Shown: positions 11,601-23,422 of the stretch, piece by piece | Position numbering within the stretch: the stretch's first letter is position 1 | How the letters are laid out: every line of letters starts with the position of its first letter | From: Nemertoderma westbladi | Lineage: Eukaryota; Animalia; Xenacoelomorpha | Reading direction: 5' to 3' | Length of the DNA: 33,817 nucleotides | NCBI GenBank assembly: GCA_032718475.1 | Contig: JAUCBJ010001177.1 | Span: 1-33,817, forward strand | Notes under the pieces: generated by a model | The model's input: the letters and a program-made list of their open reading frames with translations, nothing else | What the model was told of the DNA's origin: nothing | Databases searched by the model: none | Made by a program: the position numbers and the translations under genes

Positions 11601-14600
11601 TCTATGTTCCACTCCTTTAGTAGCTATACGAACTCTCCGTTGGTTCTATATTCCGTTCCTTTAGTAGCTATACGAACCCTTCATTGGTTCTATGTTCCAC
11701 TCCTTTAGTAGCTATACGAACTCTCCGTTGGTTCTATGTTCCGTTCCTTTAGTAGCTATACGAACTCTCTGTTGGTTCTATGTTCCACTCCTTTAGTAGC
11801 TATACGAACTCTCCGTTGGTTCTATATTCCGTTCCTTTAGTAGCTATACGAACCCTTCATTGGTTCTATGTTCCACTCCTTTAGTAGCTATACGAACTCT
11901 TCATTGGTTCTATGTTCCACTCCTTTAGTAGCTATACGAACTCTCCGTTGGTTCTATGTTCCGTTCCTTTAGTAGCTATACGAACTCTCTGTTGGTTCTA
12001 TGTTCCGTTCCTTTAGTAGCTATACGAACTCTCCGTTGGTTCTATGTTCCACTCCTTTAGTAGCTATACGAACTCTCCGTTGGTTCTATGTTCCACTCCT
12101 TTAGTAGCTATACGAACTCTCCGTTGGTTCTATGTTCCGTTCCTTTAGTAGCTATACGAACTCTCCGTTGGGTCTATGTTCCACTCCTTTAGTAGCTATA
12201 CGAAATCTCCGTTGGTTCTATGTTCCACTCCTTTAGTAGCTATACGAACTCTTCATTGGTTCTATGTTCCACTCCTTTAGTAGCTATACGAACTCTCCGT
12301 TGGTTCTATGTTCCGTTCCTTTAGTAGCTATACGAACTCTCTGTTGGTTCTATGTTCCGTTCCTTTAGTAGCTATACGAACTCTCCGTTGGTTCTATGTT
12401 CCACTCCTTTAGTAGCTATACGAACTCTCCGTTGGTTCTATGTTCCACTCCTTTAGTAGCTATACGAACTCTCCGTTGGTTCTATGTTCCGTTCCTTTAG
12501 TAGCTATACGAACTCTCCGTTGGGTCTATGTTCCACTCCTTTAGTAGCTATACGAACTCTCCGTTGGGTCTATGTTCCACTCCTTTAGTAGCTATACGAA
12601 CTCTCCGTTGGTTCTATGTTCCACTCCTTTAGTAGCTATACGAACTCTCCGTTGGTTCTATGTTCCACTCCTTTAGTAGCTATACGAACTCTCTGTTGGT
12701 TCTATGTTCCGTTCCTTTAGTAGCTATACGAACTCTTCATTGGTTCTATGTTCCACTCCTTTAGTAGCTATACGAACTCTCCGTTGGTTCTATGTTCCAC
12801 TCCTTTAGTAGCTATACGAACTCTCCGTTGGTTCTATGTTCCACTCCTTTAGTAGCTATACGAACTCTCCGATGGTTCTATGTTCCAATCCTTTAGTAGC
12901 TATACGAACTCTCCGTTGGTTCTATGTTCCAATCCTTTAGTAGCTATACGAACTCTCCGTTGGTTCTATGTTCCACTCCTCTAGTAGCTATACGAACTCT
13001 CTGTTGGTTCTATGTTCCACTCCTTTAGTAGCTATACGAACTCTTCATTGGTTCTATGTTCCATTCCTTTAGTAGCTATACGAACTCTCCGTTGGTTCTA
13101 TGTTCCACTCCTTTAGTAGCTATACGAACTCTCCGTTGGTTCTATGTTCCACTCCTTTAGTAGCTATACGAACTCTCCGTTGGTTCTATGTTCCACTCCT
13201 TTAGTAGCTATACGAACTCTCCGTTGGTTCTATGTTCCACTCCTTTAGTAGCTATACGAACTCTCTCTTGGTTCTATGTTCCACTCCTTTAGTAGCTATA
13301 CGAACTCTCCGTTGGTTCTATGTTCCACTCCTTTAGTAGCTATACGAACTCTCTCTTGGTTCTATGTTCCACTCCTTTAGTAGCTATACGAACTCTCCGT
13401 TGGTTCTATGTTCCACTCCTTTAGTAGCTATACGAACTCTCCGTTGGTTCTATGTTCCATTCCTTTAGTAGCTATACGAACTCTCTGTTGGTTCTATGTT
13501 CCACTCCTTTAGTAGCTATACGAACTCTCTGTTGGTTCTATGTTCCACTCCTTTAGTAGCTATACGAACTCTCCGTTGGTTCTATGTTCCAATCCTTTAG
13601 TAGCTATACGAACTCTCCGTTGGTTCTATGTTCCACTCCTTTAGTAGCTATACGAACTCTCCGTTGGTTCTATATTCCGTTCCTTTAGTAGCTATATGAA
13701 CTCTCCGTTGGTTCTATGTTCCACTCCTTTAGTAGCTATACGAACTCTCCGTTGGTTCTATGTTCCGTTCCTTTAGTAGCTATACGAACTCTCCGTTGGT
13801 TCTATGTTCCACTCCTTTAGTAGCTATACGAACTCTCCGTTGGTTCTATGTTCCAATCCTTTAGTAGCTATACGAACTCTCCGTTGGTTCTATGTTCCAC
13901 TCCTTTAGTAGCTATACGAACTCTCCGTTGGTTCTATGTTCCGTTCCTTTAGTAGCTATACGAACTCTCCGTTGGTTCTATGTTCCACTCCTTTAGTAGC
14001 TATACGAACTCTCCGTTGGTTCTATATTCCGTTCCTTTAGTAGCTATACGAACTCTCCGTTGATTCTATGTTCCACTCCTTTAGTAGCTATACGAACTCT
14101 CCGTTGGTTCTATGTTCCACTCCTTTAGTAGCTATACGAACTCTCCGTTGGTTCTATGTTCCGTTCCTTTAGTAGCTATACGAACTCTCCGTTGGTTCTA
14201 TGTTCCAATCCTTTAGTAGCTATACGAACTCTCCGTTGGTTCTATGTTCCACTCCTTTAGTAGCTATACGAACTCTCTGTTGGTTCTATGTTCCACTCCT
14301 CTAGTAGCTATACGAACTCTCCGTTGGTTCTATGTTCCATTCCTTTAGTAGCTATACGAACTCTCCGTTGGTTCTATGTTCCACTCCTTTAGTAGCTATA
14401 CGAACTCTCCGTTGGTTCTATGTTCCACTCCTTTAGTAGCTATACGAACTCTCCGTTGGTTCTATGTTCCACTCCTTTAGTAGCTATACGAACTCTCTGT
14501 TGGTTCTATGTTCCACTCCTTTAGTAGCTATCCGAACTCTCTGTTGGTTCTATGTTCCACTCCTTTAGTAGCTATACGAACTCTCTGTTGGTTCTATGTT

Positions 14601-17600
14601 CCACTCCTTTAGTAGCTATACGAACTCTCTGTTGGTTCTATGTTCCACTCCTTTAGTAGCTATACGAACTCTCCGTTGGTTCTATGTTCCATTCCTTTAG
14701 TAGCTATACGAACTCTCCGTTGGTTCTATGTTCCACTCCTTTAGTAGCTATACGAACTCTCCGTTGGTTCTATGTTCCACTCCTTTAGTAGCTATACGAA
14801 CTCTCCGTTGGTTCTATGTTCCACTCCTTTAGTAGCTATACGAACTCTCCGTTGGTTCTATGTTCCAATCCTTTAGTAGCTATACGAACTCTCCGTTGGT
14901 TCTATGTTCCAATCCTTTAGTAGCTATACGAACTCTCTGTTGGTTCTATGTTCCGTTCCTTTAGTAGCTATACGAACTCTCCGTTGGTTCTATGTTCCGT
15001 TCCTTTAGTAGCTATACGAACTCTCCGTTGGTTCTATGTTCCACTCCTTTAGTAGCTATACGAACTCTCCGTTGGTTCTATGTTCCACTCCTTTAGTAGC
15101 TATACGAACTCTCCGTTGGTTCTATGTTCCACTCCTTTAGTAGCTATACGAACTCTCTGTTGGTTCTATGTTCCACTCCTTTAGTAGCTATACGAACTCT
15201 CTGTTGGTTCTATGTTCCACTCCTTTAGTAGCTATACGAACTCTCTGTTGGTTCTATGTTCCACTCCTTTAGTAGCTATATGAACTCTCTGTTGGTTCTA
15301 TGTTCCGTTCATTTAGTAGCTATACGAACTCTCCGTTGGTTCTATGTTCCGTTCCTTTAGTAGCTATACGAACTCTCTGTTGGTTCTATGTTCCACTCCT
15401 TTAGTAGCTATACGAACTCTCTGTTGGTTCTATGTTCCGTTCATTTAGTAGCTATACGAACTCTCCGTTGGTTCTATGTTCCGTTCCTTTAGTAGCTATA
15501 CGAACTCTCCGTTGGTTCTATGTTCCACTCCTTTAGTAGCTATACGAACTCTCCGTTGGTTCTATGTTCCACTCCTTTAGTAGCTATACGAACTCTCCGT
15601 TGGTTCTATGTTCCACTCCTTTAGTAGCTATACGAACTCTCCGTTGGTTCTATGTTCCACTCCTTTAGTAGCTATACGAACTCTTCATTGGTTCTATGTT
15701 CCACTCCTTTAGTAGCTATACGAACTCTCCGTTGGTTCTATGTTCCACTCCTTTAGTAGCTATACGAACTCTCCGTTGGTTCTATGTTCCGTTCCTTTAG
15801 TAGCTATACGAACTCTCCGTTGGTTCTATGTTCCACTCCTTTAGTAGCTATACGAACTCTCCGTTGGTTCTATGTTCCACTCCTTTAGTAGCTATACGAA
15901 CTCTCCGTTGGTTCTATGTTCCACTCCTTTAGTAGCTATACGAACTCTCCGTTGGTTCTATGTTCCACTCCTTTAGTAGCTATACGAACTCTCCGTTGGT
16001 TCTATGTTCCGTTCCTTTAGTAGCTATACGAACTTTCCGTTGGTTCTATGTTCCACTCCTTTAGTAGCTATACGAACTCTCCGTTGGTTCTATGTTCCAC
16101 TCCTTTAGTAGCTATACGAACTCTCCGTTGGTTCTATATTCCGTTCCTTTAGTAGCTATACGAACTCTCTGTTGGTTCTATGTTCCACTCCTTTAGTAGC
16201 TATACGAACTCTCCGTTGGTTCTATGTTCCACTCCTTTAGTAGCTATACGAACTCTCCGTTGGTTCTATGTTCCACTCCTTTAGTAGCTATACGAACTCT
16301 CCGTTGGTTCTATGTTCCACTCCTTTAGTAGCTATACGAACTCTCCGTTGGTTCTATGTTCCACTCCTTTAGTAGCTATACGAACTCTCCGTTGGTTCTA
16401 TGTTCCACTCCTTTAGTAGCTATACGAACTCTCCGTTGGTTCTATGTTCCACTCCTTTAGTAGCTATACGAACTCTCCGTTGGTTCTATGTTCCAATCCT
16501 TTAGTAGCTATACGAACTCTCCGTTGGTTCTATATTCCGTTCCTTTAGTAGCTATACGAACTCTCCGTTGGTTCTATGTTCCACTCCTTTAGTAGCTATA
16601 CGAACTCTTCATTGGTTCTATGTTCCACTCCTTTAGTAGCTATACGAACTCTCCGTTGGTTCTATGTTCCGTTCCTTTAGTAGCTATACGAACTCTCTGT
16701 TGGTTCTATGTTCCACTCCTTTAGTAGCTATACGAACTCTCCGTTGGTTCTATGTTCCACTCCTTTAGTAGCTATACGAACTCTCCGTTGGTTCTATATT
16801 CCGTTCCTTTAGTAGCTATACGAACCCTTCATTGGTTCTATGTTCCACTCCTTTAGTAGCTATACGAACTCTCCGTTGGTTCTATGTTCCGTTCCTTTAG
16901 TAGCTATACGAACTCTCTGTTGGTTCTATGTTCCACTCCTTTAGTAGCTATACGAACTCTCCGTTGGTTCTATGTTCCGTTCTTTTAGTAGCTATACGAA
17001 CTCTCCGTTGGTTCTATTTTCCATTCCTTTAGTAGCTATACGAACTCTCCGTTGGTTCTATGTTCCACTCCTTTAGTAGCTATACGAACTCTCCGTTGGT
17101 TCTATGTTCCGTTCATTTAGTAGCTATACGAACTCTCCGTTGGTTCTATGTTCCACTCCTTTAGTAGCTATACGAACTCTCCGTTGGTTCTATGTTCCAT
17201 TCCTTTAGTAGCTATACGAACTCTCCGTTGGTTCTATGTTCCAATCCTTTAGTAGCTATACGAACTCTCCGTTGGTTCTATGTTCCACTCCTTTAGTAGC
17301 TATACGAACTCTCCGTTGGTTCTATGTTCCGTTCATTTAGTAGCTATACGAACTCTCCGTTGGTTCTATGTTCCACTCCTTTAGTAGCTATACGAACTCT
17401 CCGTTGGTTCTATGTTCCACTCCTTTAGTAGCTATACGAACTCTCCGTTGGTTCTATGTTCCGTTCCTTTAGTAGCTATACGAACTCTCCGTTGGTTCTA
17501 TGTTCCGTTCCTTTAGTAGCTATACGAACTCTCCGTTGGTTCTATGTTCCACTCCTTTAGTAGCTATACGAACTCTCCGTTGGTTCTATGTTCCGTTCAT

Positions 17601-18702
17601 TTAGTAGCTATACGAACTCTCCGTTGGTTCTATGTTCCACTCCTTTAGTAGCTATACGAACTCTCCGTTGGTTCTATGTTCCGTTCCTTTAGTAGCTATA
17701 CGAACTCTCCGTTGGTTCTATGTTCCATTCCTTTAGTAGCTATACGAACTCTCCGTTGGTTCTATGTTCCAATCCTTTAGTAGCTATACGAACTCTCCGT
17801 TGGTTCTATGTTCCACTCCTTTAGTAGCTATACGAACTCTCCGTTGGTTCTATGTTCCAATCCTTTAGTAGCTATACGAACTCTCCGTTGGTTCTATGTT
17901 CCACTCCTTTAGTAGCTATACGAACTCTCCGTTGGTTCTATGTTCCGTTCATTTAGTAGCTATACGAACTCTCCGTTGGTTCTATGTTCCACTCCTTTAG
18001 TAGCTATACGAACTCTCCGTTGGTTCTATGTTCCGTTCCTTTAGTAGCTATACGAACTCTCCGTTGGTTCTATGTTCCATTCCTTTAGTAGCTATACGAA
18101 CTCTCCGTTGGTTCTATGTTCCAATCCTTTAGTAGCTATACGAACTCTCCGTTGGTTCTATGTTCCACTCCTTTAGTAGCTATACGAACTCTCCGTTGGT
18201 TCTATGTTCCACTCCTTTAGTAGCTATACGAACTCTCCGTTGGTTCTATGTTCCAATCCTTTAGTAGCTATACGAACTCTCCGTTGGTTCTATGTTCCAC
18301 TCCTTTAGTAGCTATACGAACTCTCCGTTGGTTCTATGTTCCACTCCTTTAGTAGCTATACGAACTCTCCGTTGGTTCTATGTTCCACTCCTTTAGTAGC
18401 TATACGAACTCTCCGTTGGTTCTATATTCCGTTCCTTTAGTAGCTATACGAACTCTTCATTGGTTCTATGTTCCACTCCTTTAGTAGCTATACGAACTCT
18501 CCGTTGGTTCTATGTTCCACTCCTTTAGTAGCTATACGAACTCTCCGTTGGTTCTATATTCCGTTCCTTTAGTAGCTATACGAACTCTTCATTGGTTCTA
18601 TGTTCCACTCCTTTAGTAGCTATACGAACTCTCCGTTGGTTCTATGTTCCACTCCTTTAGTAGCTATACGAACTCTTCATTGGTTCTATGTTCCATTCCT
18701 TT
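5655..18702. repeat. Satellite, 44-bp unit GTTGGTTCTATGTTCCACTCCTTTAGTAGCTATACGAACTCTCC, ~296 copies, intronic
   Basis: Direct reading. Register is conserved (5701 to 18241 = 285 x 44). Variation is mostly at a few positions; there are no spacers. Confidence 0.98.
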
Positions 18703-18874
18703 TGTTAGCTCCTTTGAATGTTGTACATGGCGCAGTGTTAACTTTACACTGTAAATGAAACTGATATTGGAAGTGAGAAATTAAAAAAAAATTTGAAATC
18801 AGTGAAATATTTACCGAAATATATTTGTGTTATTCTGACTGAGTTCTGAGTAAATACAGTATTTTAATTTGTAG

Positions 18875-18942
18875 GAATTGGTAACAATGGCGATGTGCCC
18901 GAACTTATTCCTGATGACATCGATTTCAGTCCTATAATTTAA
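18875..18942 (+). CDS. Probable terminal coding exon of the cystine-knot gene: (G)IGNNGDVPELIPDDIDFSPII*
   Basis: Acceptor attttaatttgtAG at 18874. Phase 1 matches the 5636 donor (G+GA = Gly), giving 21 further codons and TAA at 18940-18942. It is more GC-rich than its flanks. Confidence 0.6.
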
Positions 18943-19321
18943 GTACAACCGCGATTACGGACTAACCCTTTAGCCTTTCCATATACTGAATGTGGGTGGC
19001 GGGAAACGCAATAATATAACGGGCTTTACGAGAGCGAGTTACTCAGTAAAAAGCCAATTCGTATTAAACGAATTCTACAGGGAGAATCAAAGAAGTTGGA
19101 ATTTTGTTTGGAAAAAAATTGAAAAAAAGATTGGAAATGGCTTGTACTGTTTATCATCTTTTGGTGATGGTTCATATTGAGTACTTATATCCTAATTTCA
19201 ATTATAATTATAATATTCTACGAATTATATTTTGTGCAACTTATGTTTTTAATAATCCGATTTAGTAATTATTATTTAGTACATACTGCATTCCAAAAAG
19301 AAAACATCACATTTTTCAACC

Positions 19322-20235
19322 ATGAGGGTTTGGAAACTTATGCTGGCAGCTCTTTCTGTGTAAAATATGTACAAAGTTAAATTGAGTCTAAAGGAAACTA
19401 AAATGTTAAATTTTTTAATTTAAGAGGCCTGCTCATTCGTAAATCCTGTTCGCGTTTCCCGCGCCCACACTGAATCAAATTTTGGACAATTCCGACTGGA
19501 GAATACATTTTATAAAAAATATTACAGACGATGAAAATATTTACATTTGTTTTGATACGGAGTATGGTTCACTAGTAAACAGTATGTTATAAGTTCAACA
19601 AGTACAACATCGGGTTGCTTCTAGCCTATGTACTACCTGTATATAATTCGGTAAAGCATACTTTTAAGATTGTCAACAATATATATTGTTGGTTATGGTT
19701 AATTTAGGCATAAACGTGGCAACCCAAAACTAATTCGCAATACATCTAGGAACATACATTCTTCTGTTTTTACATTTCTACAGGCGATATTATACTACTA
19801 TTTCAATTGCACTATTATTATACTACCCTAAAAAGTACAGCTTGCTTGCTTGCTTGCTTTGCTTGCAAAAAGTACATAAAACACACTGCGGCTTACTGCG
19901 GTGCTACTTGGCTTTCACTTTGCAATATTGTATGTAACTCGCTGGTATTTTCCCAAACTTTGGTGCAAACAAACTCAATGGAAAGTTGTCTAATCAGTTC
20001 TTTATGAAAGATTCTTCTTTGATTTTTAATTTAAGTTAAAATATATAGGCCTATTAACTAAATATTTAAAAAGGTTTTATGAAAATTTTATGCCCAGTCA
20101 TCTCTATCTCTATATCCCGAAATATACTATATATATCATTGAATATTATTTTATTGATGAATTATTGATATAAACTAATTATACCCCGCAGGCAGGCAGG
20201 TATTGCTACCTGTATCAAGGAATCGTTTGGATCAG
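19322..20235 (+). other. Candidate small 5' exons of the ShK/resistin-like gene (19322-19359, 19425-19438, 19528-19581, 20200-20235)
   Basis: The phases chain into MRVWKLMLAALSVGLLIHDENIYICFDTEYGSLVNSIATCIKESFGS and join the 23423 exon in phase 1. The model needs a GC donor at 20236 and the third AG of CAGGCAGGCAG; alternative models exist. Confidence 0.25.
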
Positions 20236-20238
20236 GCA

Positions 20239-21873
20239 TAGGCAACTGAATCCAGCGCTGACACTAAGGCAACTGAATCCAGCGCTGACACTAAGGCAAC
20301 TGAATGGCGCTGACACTAAGGCAACTGAATCCAGCGCTGACACTAAGGCAACTGAATCCAGCGCTGACACTAAGGCAACTGAATCCAGCGCTGACACTAA
20401 GGCAACTGAATCCAGCGCTGACACAAGGCAACTGAATCCAGCGCTGACACTAAGGCAACTGAATCCAGCGCTGACACTAAGGCAACTGAATCCAGCGCTG
20501 ACACTAAGGCAACTGAATCCAGCGCTGACACTAAGGCAACTGAATCCAGCGCTGACACTAAGGCAACTGAATCCAGCGCTGACACTAAGGCAACTGAATC
20601 CAGCGCTGACACTAAGGCAACTGAATCCAGCGCTGACACTAAGGCAACTGAATCCAGCGCTGACACTAAGGCAACTGAATCCAGCGCTGACACTAAGGCA
20701 ACTGAATCCAGCGCTGACACTAAGTCAACTGAATCCAGCGCTGACACTAAGGCAACTGAATCCAGCGCTGACACTAAGGCAACTGAATCCAGCGCTGACA
20801 CTAAGTCAACTGAATCCAGCGCTGACACTAAGGCAACTGAATCCAGCGCTGACACTAAGGCAACTGAATCCAGCGCTGACACTAAGGCAACTGAATGCAG
20901 CGCTGACACTAAGTCAACTGAATCCAGCGCTGACACTAAGGCAACTGAATCTCAATCCAGCGCTGACACTAAGGCAACTGAATCCAGCGCTGACACTAAG
21001 GCAACTGAATCCAGCGCTGACACTAAGGCAACTGAATCCTGCGCTGACACTAAGGCAACTGAATCCAGCGCTGACACTAAGGCAACTGAATCAAGCGCTG
21101 ACACTAAGGCAACTGAATCCTGCGCTGACACTAAGGCAACTCAATCCAGCGCTGACACTAAGGCAACTGAATCCAGCGCTAACACTAAGGCAACTGAATC
21201 CAGCGCTGACACTAAGGCAACTGAATCCAGCGCTGACACTAAGGCAACTGAATCCAGCGCTGACACTAAGGCAACTGAATCCAGCGCTGACACTAAGGCA
21301 ACTGAATCCAGCGCTGACACTAAGACAACTGAATCCAGCGCTGACACTAAGGCAACTGAATCCAGCGCTGACACTAAGGCAACTGAATGCAGCGCTGACA
21401 CTAAGTCAACTGAATCCAGCGCTGACACTAAGGCAACTGAATCTCAATCCAGCGCTGACACTAAGGCAACTGAATCCAGCGCTGACACTAAGGCAACTGA
21501 ATCCAGCGCTGACACTAAGGCAACTGAATCCTGCGCTGACACTAAGGCAACTCAATCCAGCGCTGACACTAAGGCAACTGAATCCAGCGCTAACACTAAG
21601 GCAACTGAATCCAGCGCTGACACTAAGGCAACTGAATCCAGCGCTGACACTAAGGCAACTGAATCCAGCGCTGACACTAAGACAACTGAATCCAGCGCTG
21701 ACACTAAGGCAACTGAATCCAGCGCTGACACTAAGACAACTGAATCCAGCGCTGACACTAAGGCAACTGAATCCAGCGCTGACACTAAGGCAACTGAATC
21801 CAGCGCTGACACTAAGGCAACTGAATCCAGCGCTGACACTAAGGCAACTGAATCCAGCGCTGACACTAAGGCA
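20239..21873. repeat. Minisatellite, 27-bp unit AGGCAACTGAATCCAGCGCTGACACTA, ~60 copies
   Basis: Direct reading. Each unit contains the palindrome CAGCGCTG. Indels occur at ~20305 (-2) and ~20424 (-1), with +6 insertions at ~20951 and ~21443. Confidence 0.97.
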
Positions 21874-22019
21874 CTAGACCACAATGAATATATTAAGAAT
21901 AACGAAGATGACGGTTCATTAAACATATAATATACTGTATATTATTAGTATAAATTGTGTATGTGTGAATATCCATGCACGATTAAATAGTGTTTCCAAA
22001 ACATTATTAGTATTTAATT

Positions 22020-22750
22020 ATACCCCTAAATTGACCCCTTTCTGAAAATACAACCATCAATTTTGGTGCTGTTTTGAACTAGTTAAAGAATATTTCTGGT
22101 AATAAAAACAAATTTTGGTTTCATTCTGGTGCCCCAGAATGAAAAGTTCAAGTAGCAAAAATGTAAGTAGCAAGCATGTAGCCAACAAAAATAAGTAACA
22201 GCAAAGATATTTTTATTATAAAATTTTTGCTACTTGTATTTTGCCTGCCGCACATTGACACGTATCCAAAAATGTAGTATGATATATTTCAGTGCCATAT
22301 TCGTGATCAGCAACCCAAAAAATCAATCAAAGTAATAAAATCAATCTGAATTCGTGGTGATTTTTCATTATCATATTAGCACTACTTGTTTTTGGCACAT
22401 CCAAATTTAATCAAAAATTGTCTCGAATGTTATATTTGAGTTATATAATCGTACTGAGCTTAAAAAAACGCATTATACAGCAAAAATTGAATTAATTTTA
22501 GTGAGCCACAAAATCTTTTGAAAATTTTGACATGAAAAATACTGTTGATGGGTGCCATAAGGGTATCACAGCACGAAAACTAACTTAACCATATAAATGG
22601 CGTTTTCTCTGTTGGATAGCCCATTACATTTTAGGAAAAGTCACGAAATCACGGTTTTCCCAACAAATCTGATTCAAAGATACAAATGAATTAGTTACAG
22701 AAAATATCTAAATTGACCAGACCACCCTCACCCGGGCCAAATAGGCTTAA
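22020..22750. mobile_element. Degenerate TTAA-terminated DNA-transposon-like remnant
   Basis: The right end CCCGGGCCAAATAGGCTTAA (reverse complement TTAAGCCTATTTGGCCCGGG) resembles the TTAACCCTATT end at 4156. AAATTGACC motifs lie near both ends, with an internal ATATTCGTGATCAGCAACCCAAAA motif. The left boundary is uncertain. Confidence 0.4.
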
Positions 22751-22939
22751 GGCTGATGATTAATATACAGGAAGTCAGTCAAGTATCATCTTCATATTTT
22801 ATAATTTGTCATAAATTTTGCCGGTATTATTCTGAATATATTTATGGTAAAATATATCAATCAAAGATAAACCAATTCAGACAAAGCTTTTAAATTATTG
22901 TCTTCTCGTGTGTGTTATGGCACATGCTACACTAGTATA

Positions 22940-23150
22940 CGTCCGCATTGCAGGACATTGCTTTCGCCGTGAGGACCAGCCATTGCATAATCTTGTGCTT
23001 TGGCAACCCCATGGAGTGAATAGGCATGGTGGTCAACCCATGACTTTCTTGAGACGCATCTTGAGGACACTGGCCTTGAAGATGCGGATGATCTAGCATA
23101 TGTCATTGGTGATAGGGAGTTGTGGCGGCGCAATTTTGTTGACAAGTCGG
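22940..23150 (+). mobile_element. 3' fragment of an RTE-clade LINE ORF, frameshifted
   Basis: RIAGHCFRREDQPLHNLVLWQPHG..R.GGQPMTF, then in a shifted frame LEDTGLEDADDLAYVIGDRELWRR, matching the RTE C-terminal GH..R..W.P.G.R.RGRP...DR..WR signature. Confidence 0.75.
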
Positions 23151-23422
23151 CACAGCATTCTTAAAAATGCAGCTGCAATGCAGCATGCCTATATGCAGTA
23201 TGCCGGTACACTAGTATATCAAAATCACACAAGCTTGACAGAAATATTAAAGTTTTACATACTGTAGGTTTTCAAGGCTGCAGATTATATTTGGTTTGGA
23301 AGGCCTGATCGTATCGCAGTGCCAATTTGTGGCACTTTTTGTTCTGTGTTCATATGTAATTTTTTATCGGATGAAATATGAAATTTATATAATTAATTAT
23401 GTATTCATATTATTCCTTTTAG

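Noticed and set aside
5655-18702. CRISPR array, or an RT-associated repeat system linked to the nearby reverse transcriptase
   Set aside because: Units are head-to-tail with no unique spacers, there are no cas genes, the context is eukaryotic, and the RT is a non-LTR retrotransposon enzyme with no sequence link to the array.
19784-19834. Exon after the strong-looking acceptor tttctacAG at 19783
   Set aside because: The following sequence is low-complexity (TAC/TAT-rich) with no convincing peptide or donor.
20215-21926. Minus-strand (VSALDSVAL)n ORFs as proteins
   Set aside because: They are translations of the 27-bp minisatellite, broken by indels and stops, mostly with non-ATG starts.
23296-23422. 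N-terminal hydrophobic 42 aa of the 517-aa ORF as a signal or TM segment
   Set aside because: It has a TTG start and AT-rich intron-like composition, and ends at a good acceptor at 23422, so it is read as intron.
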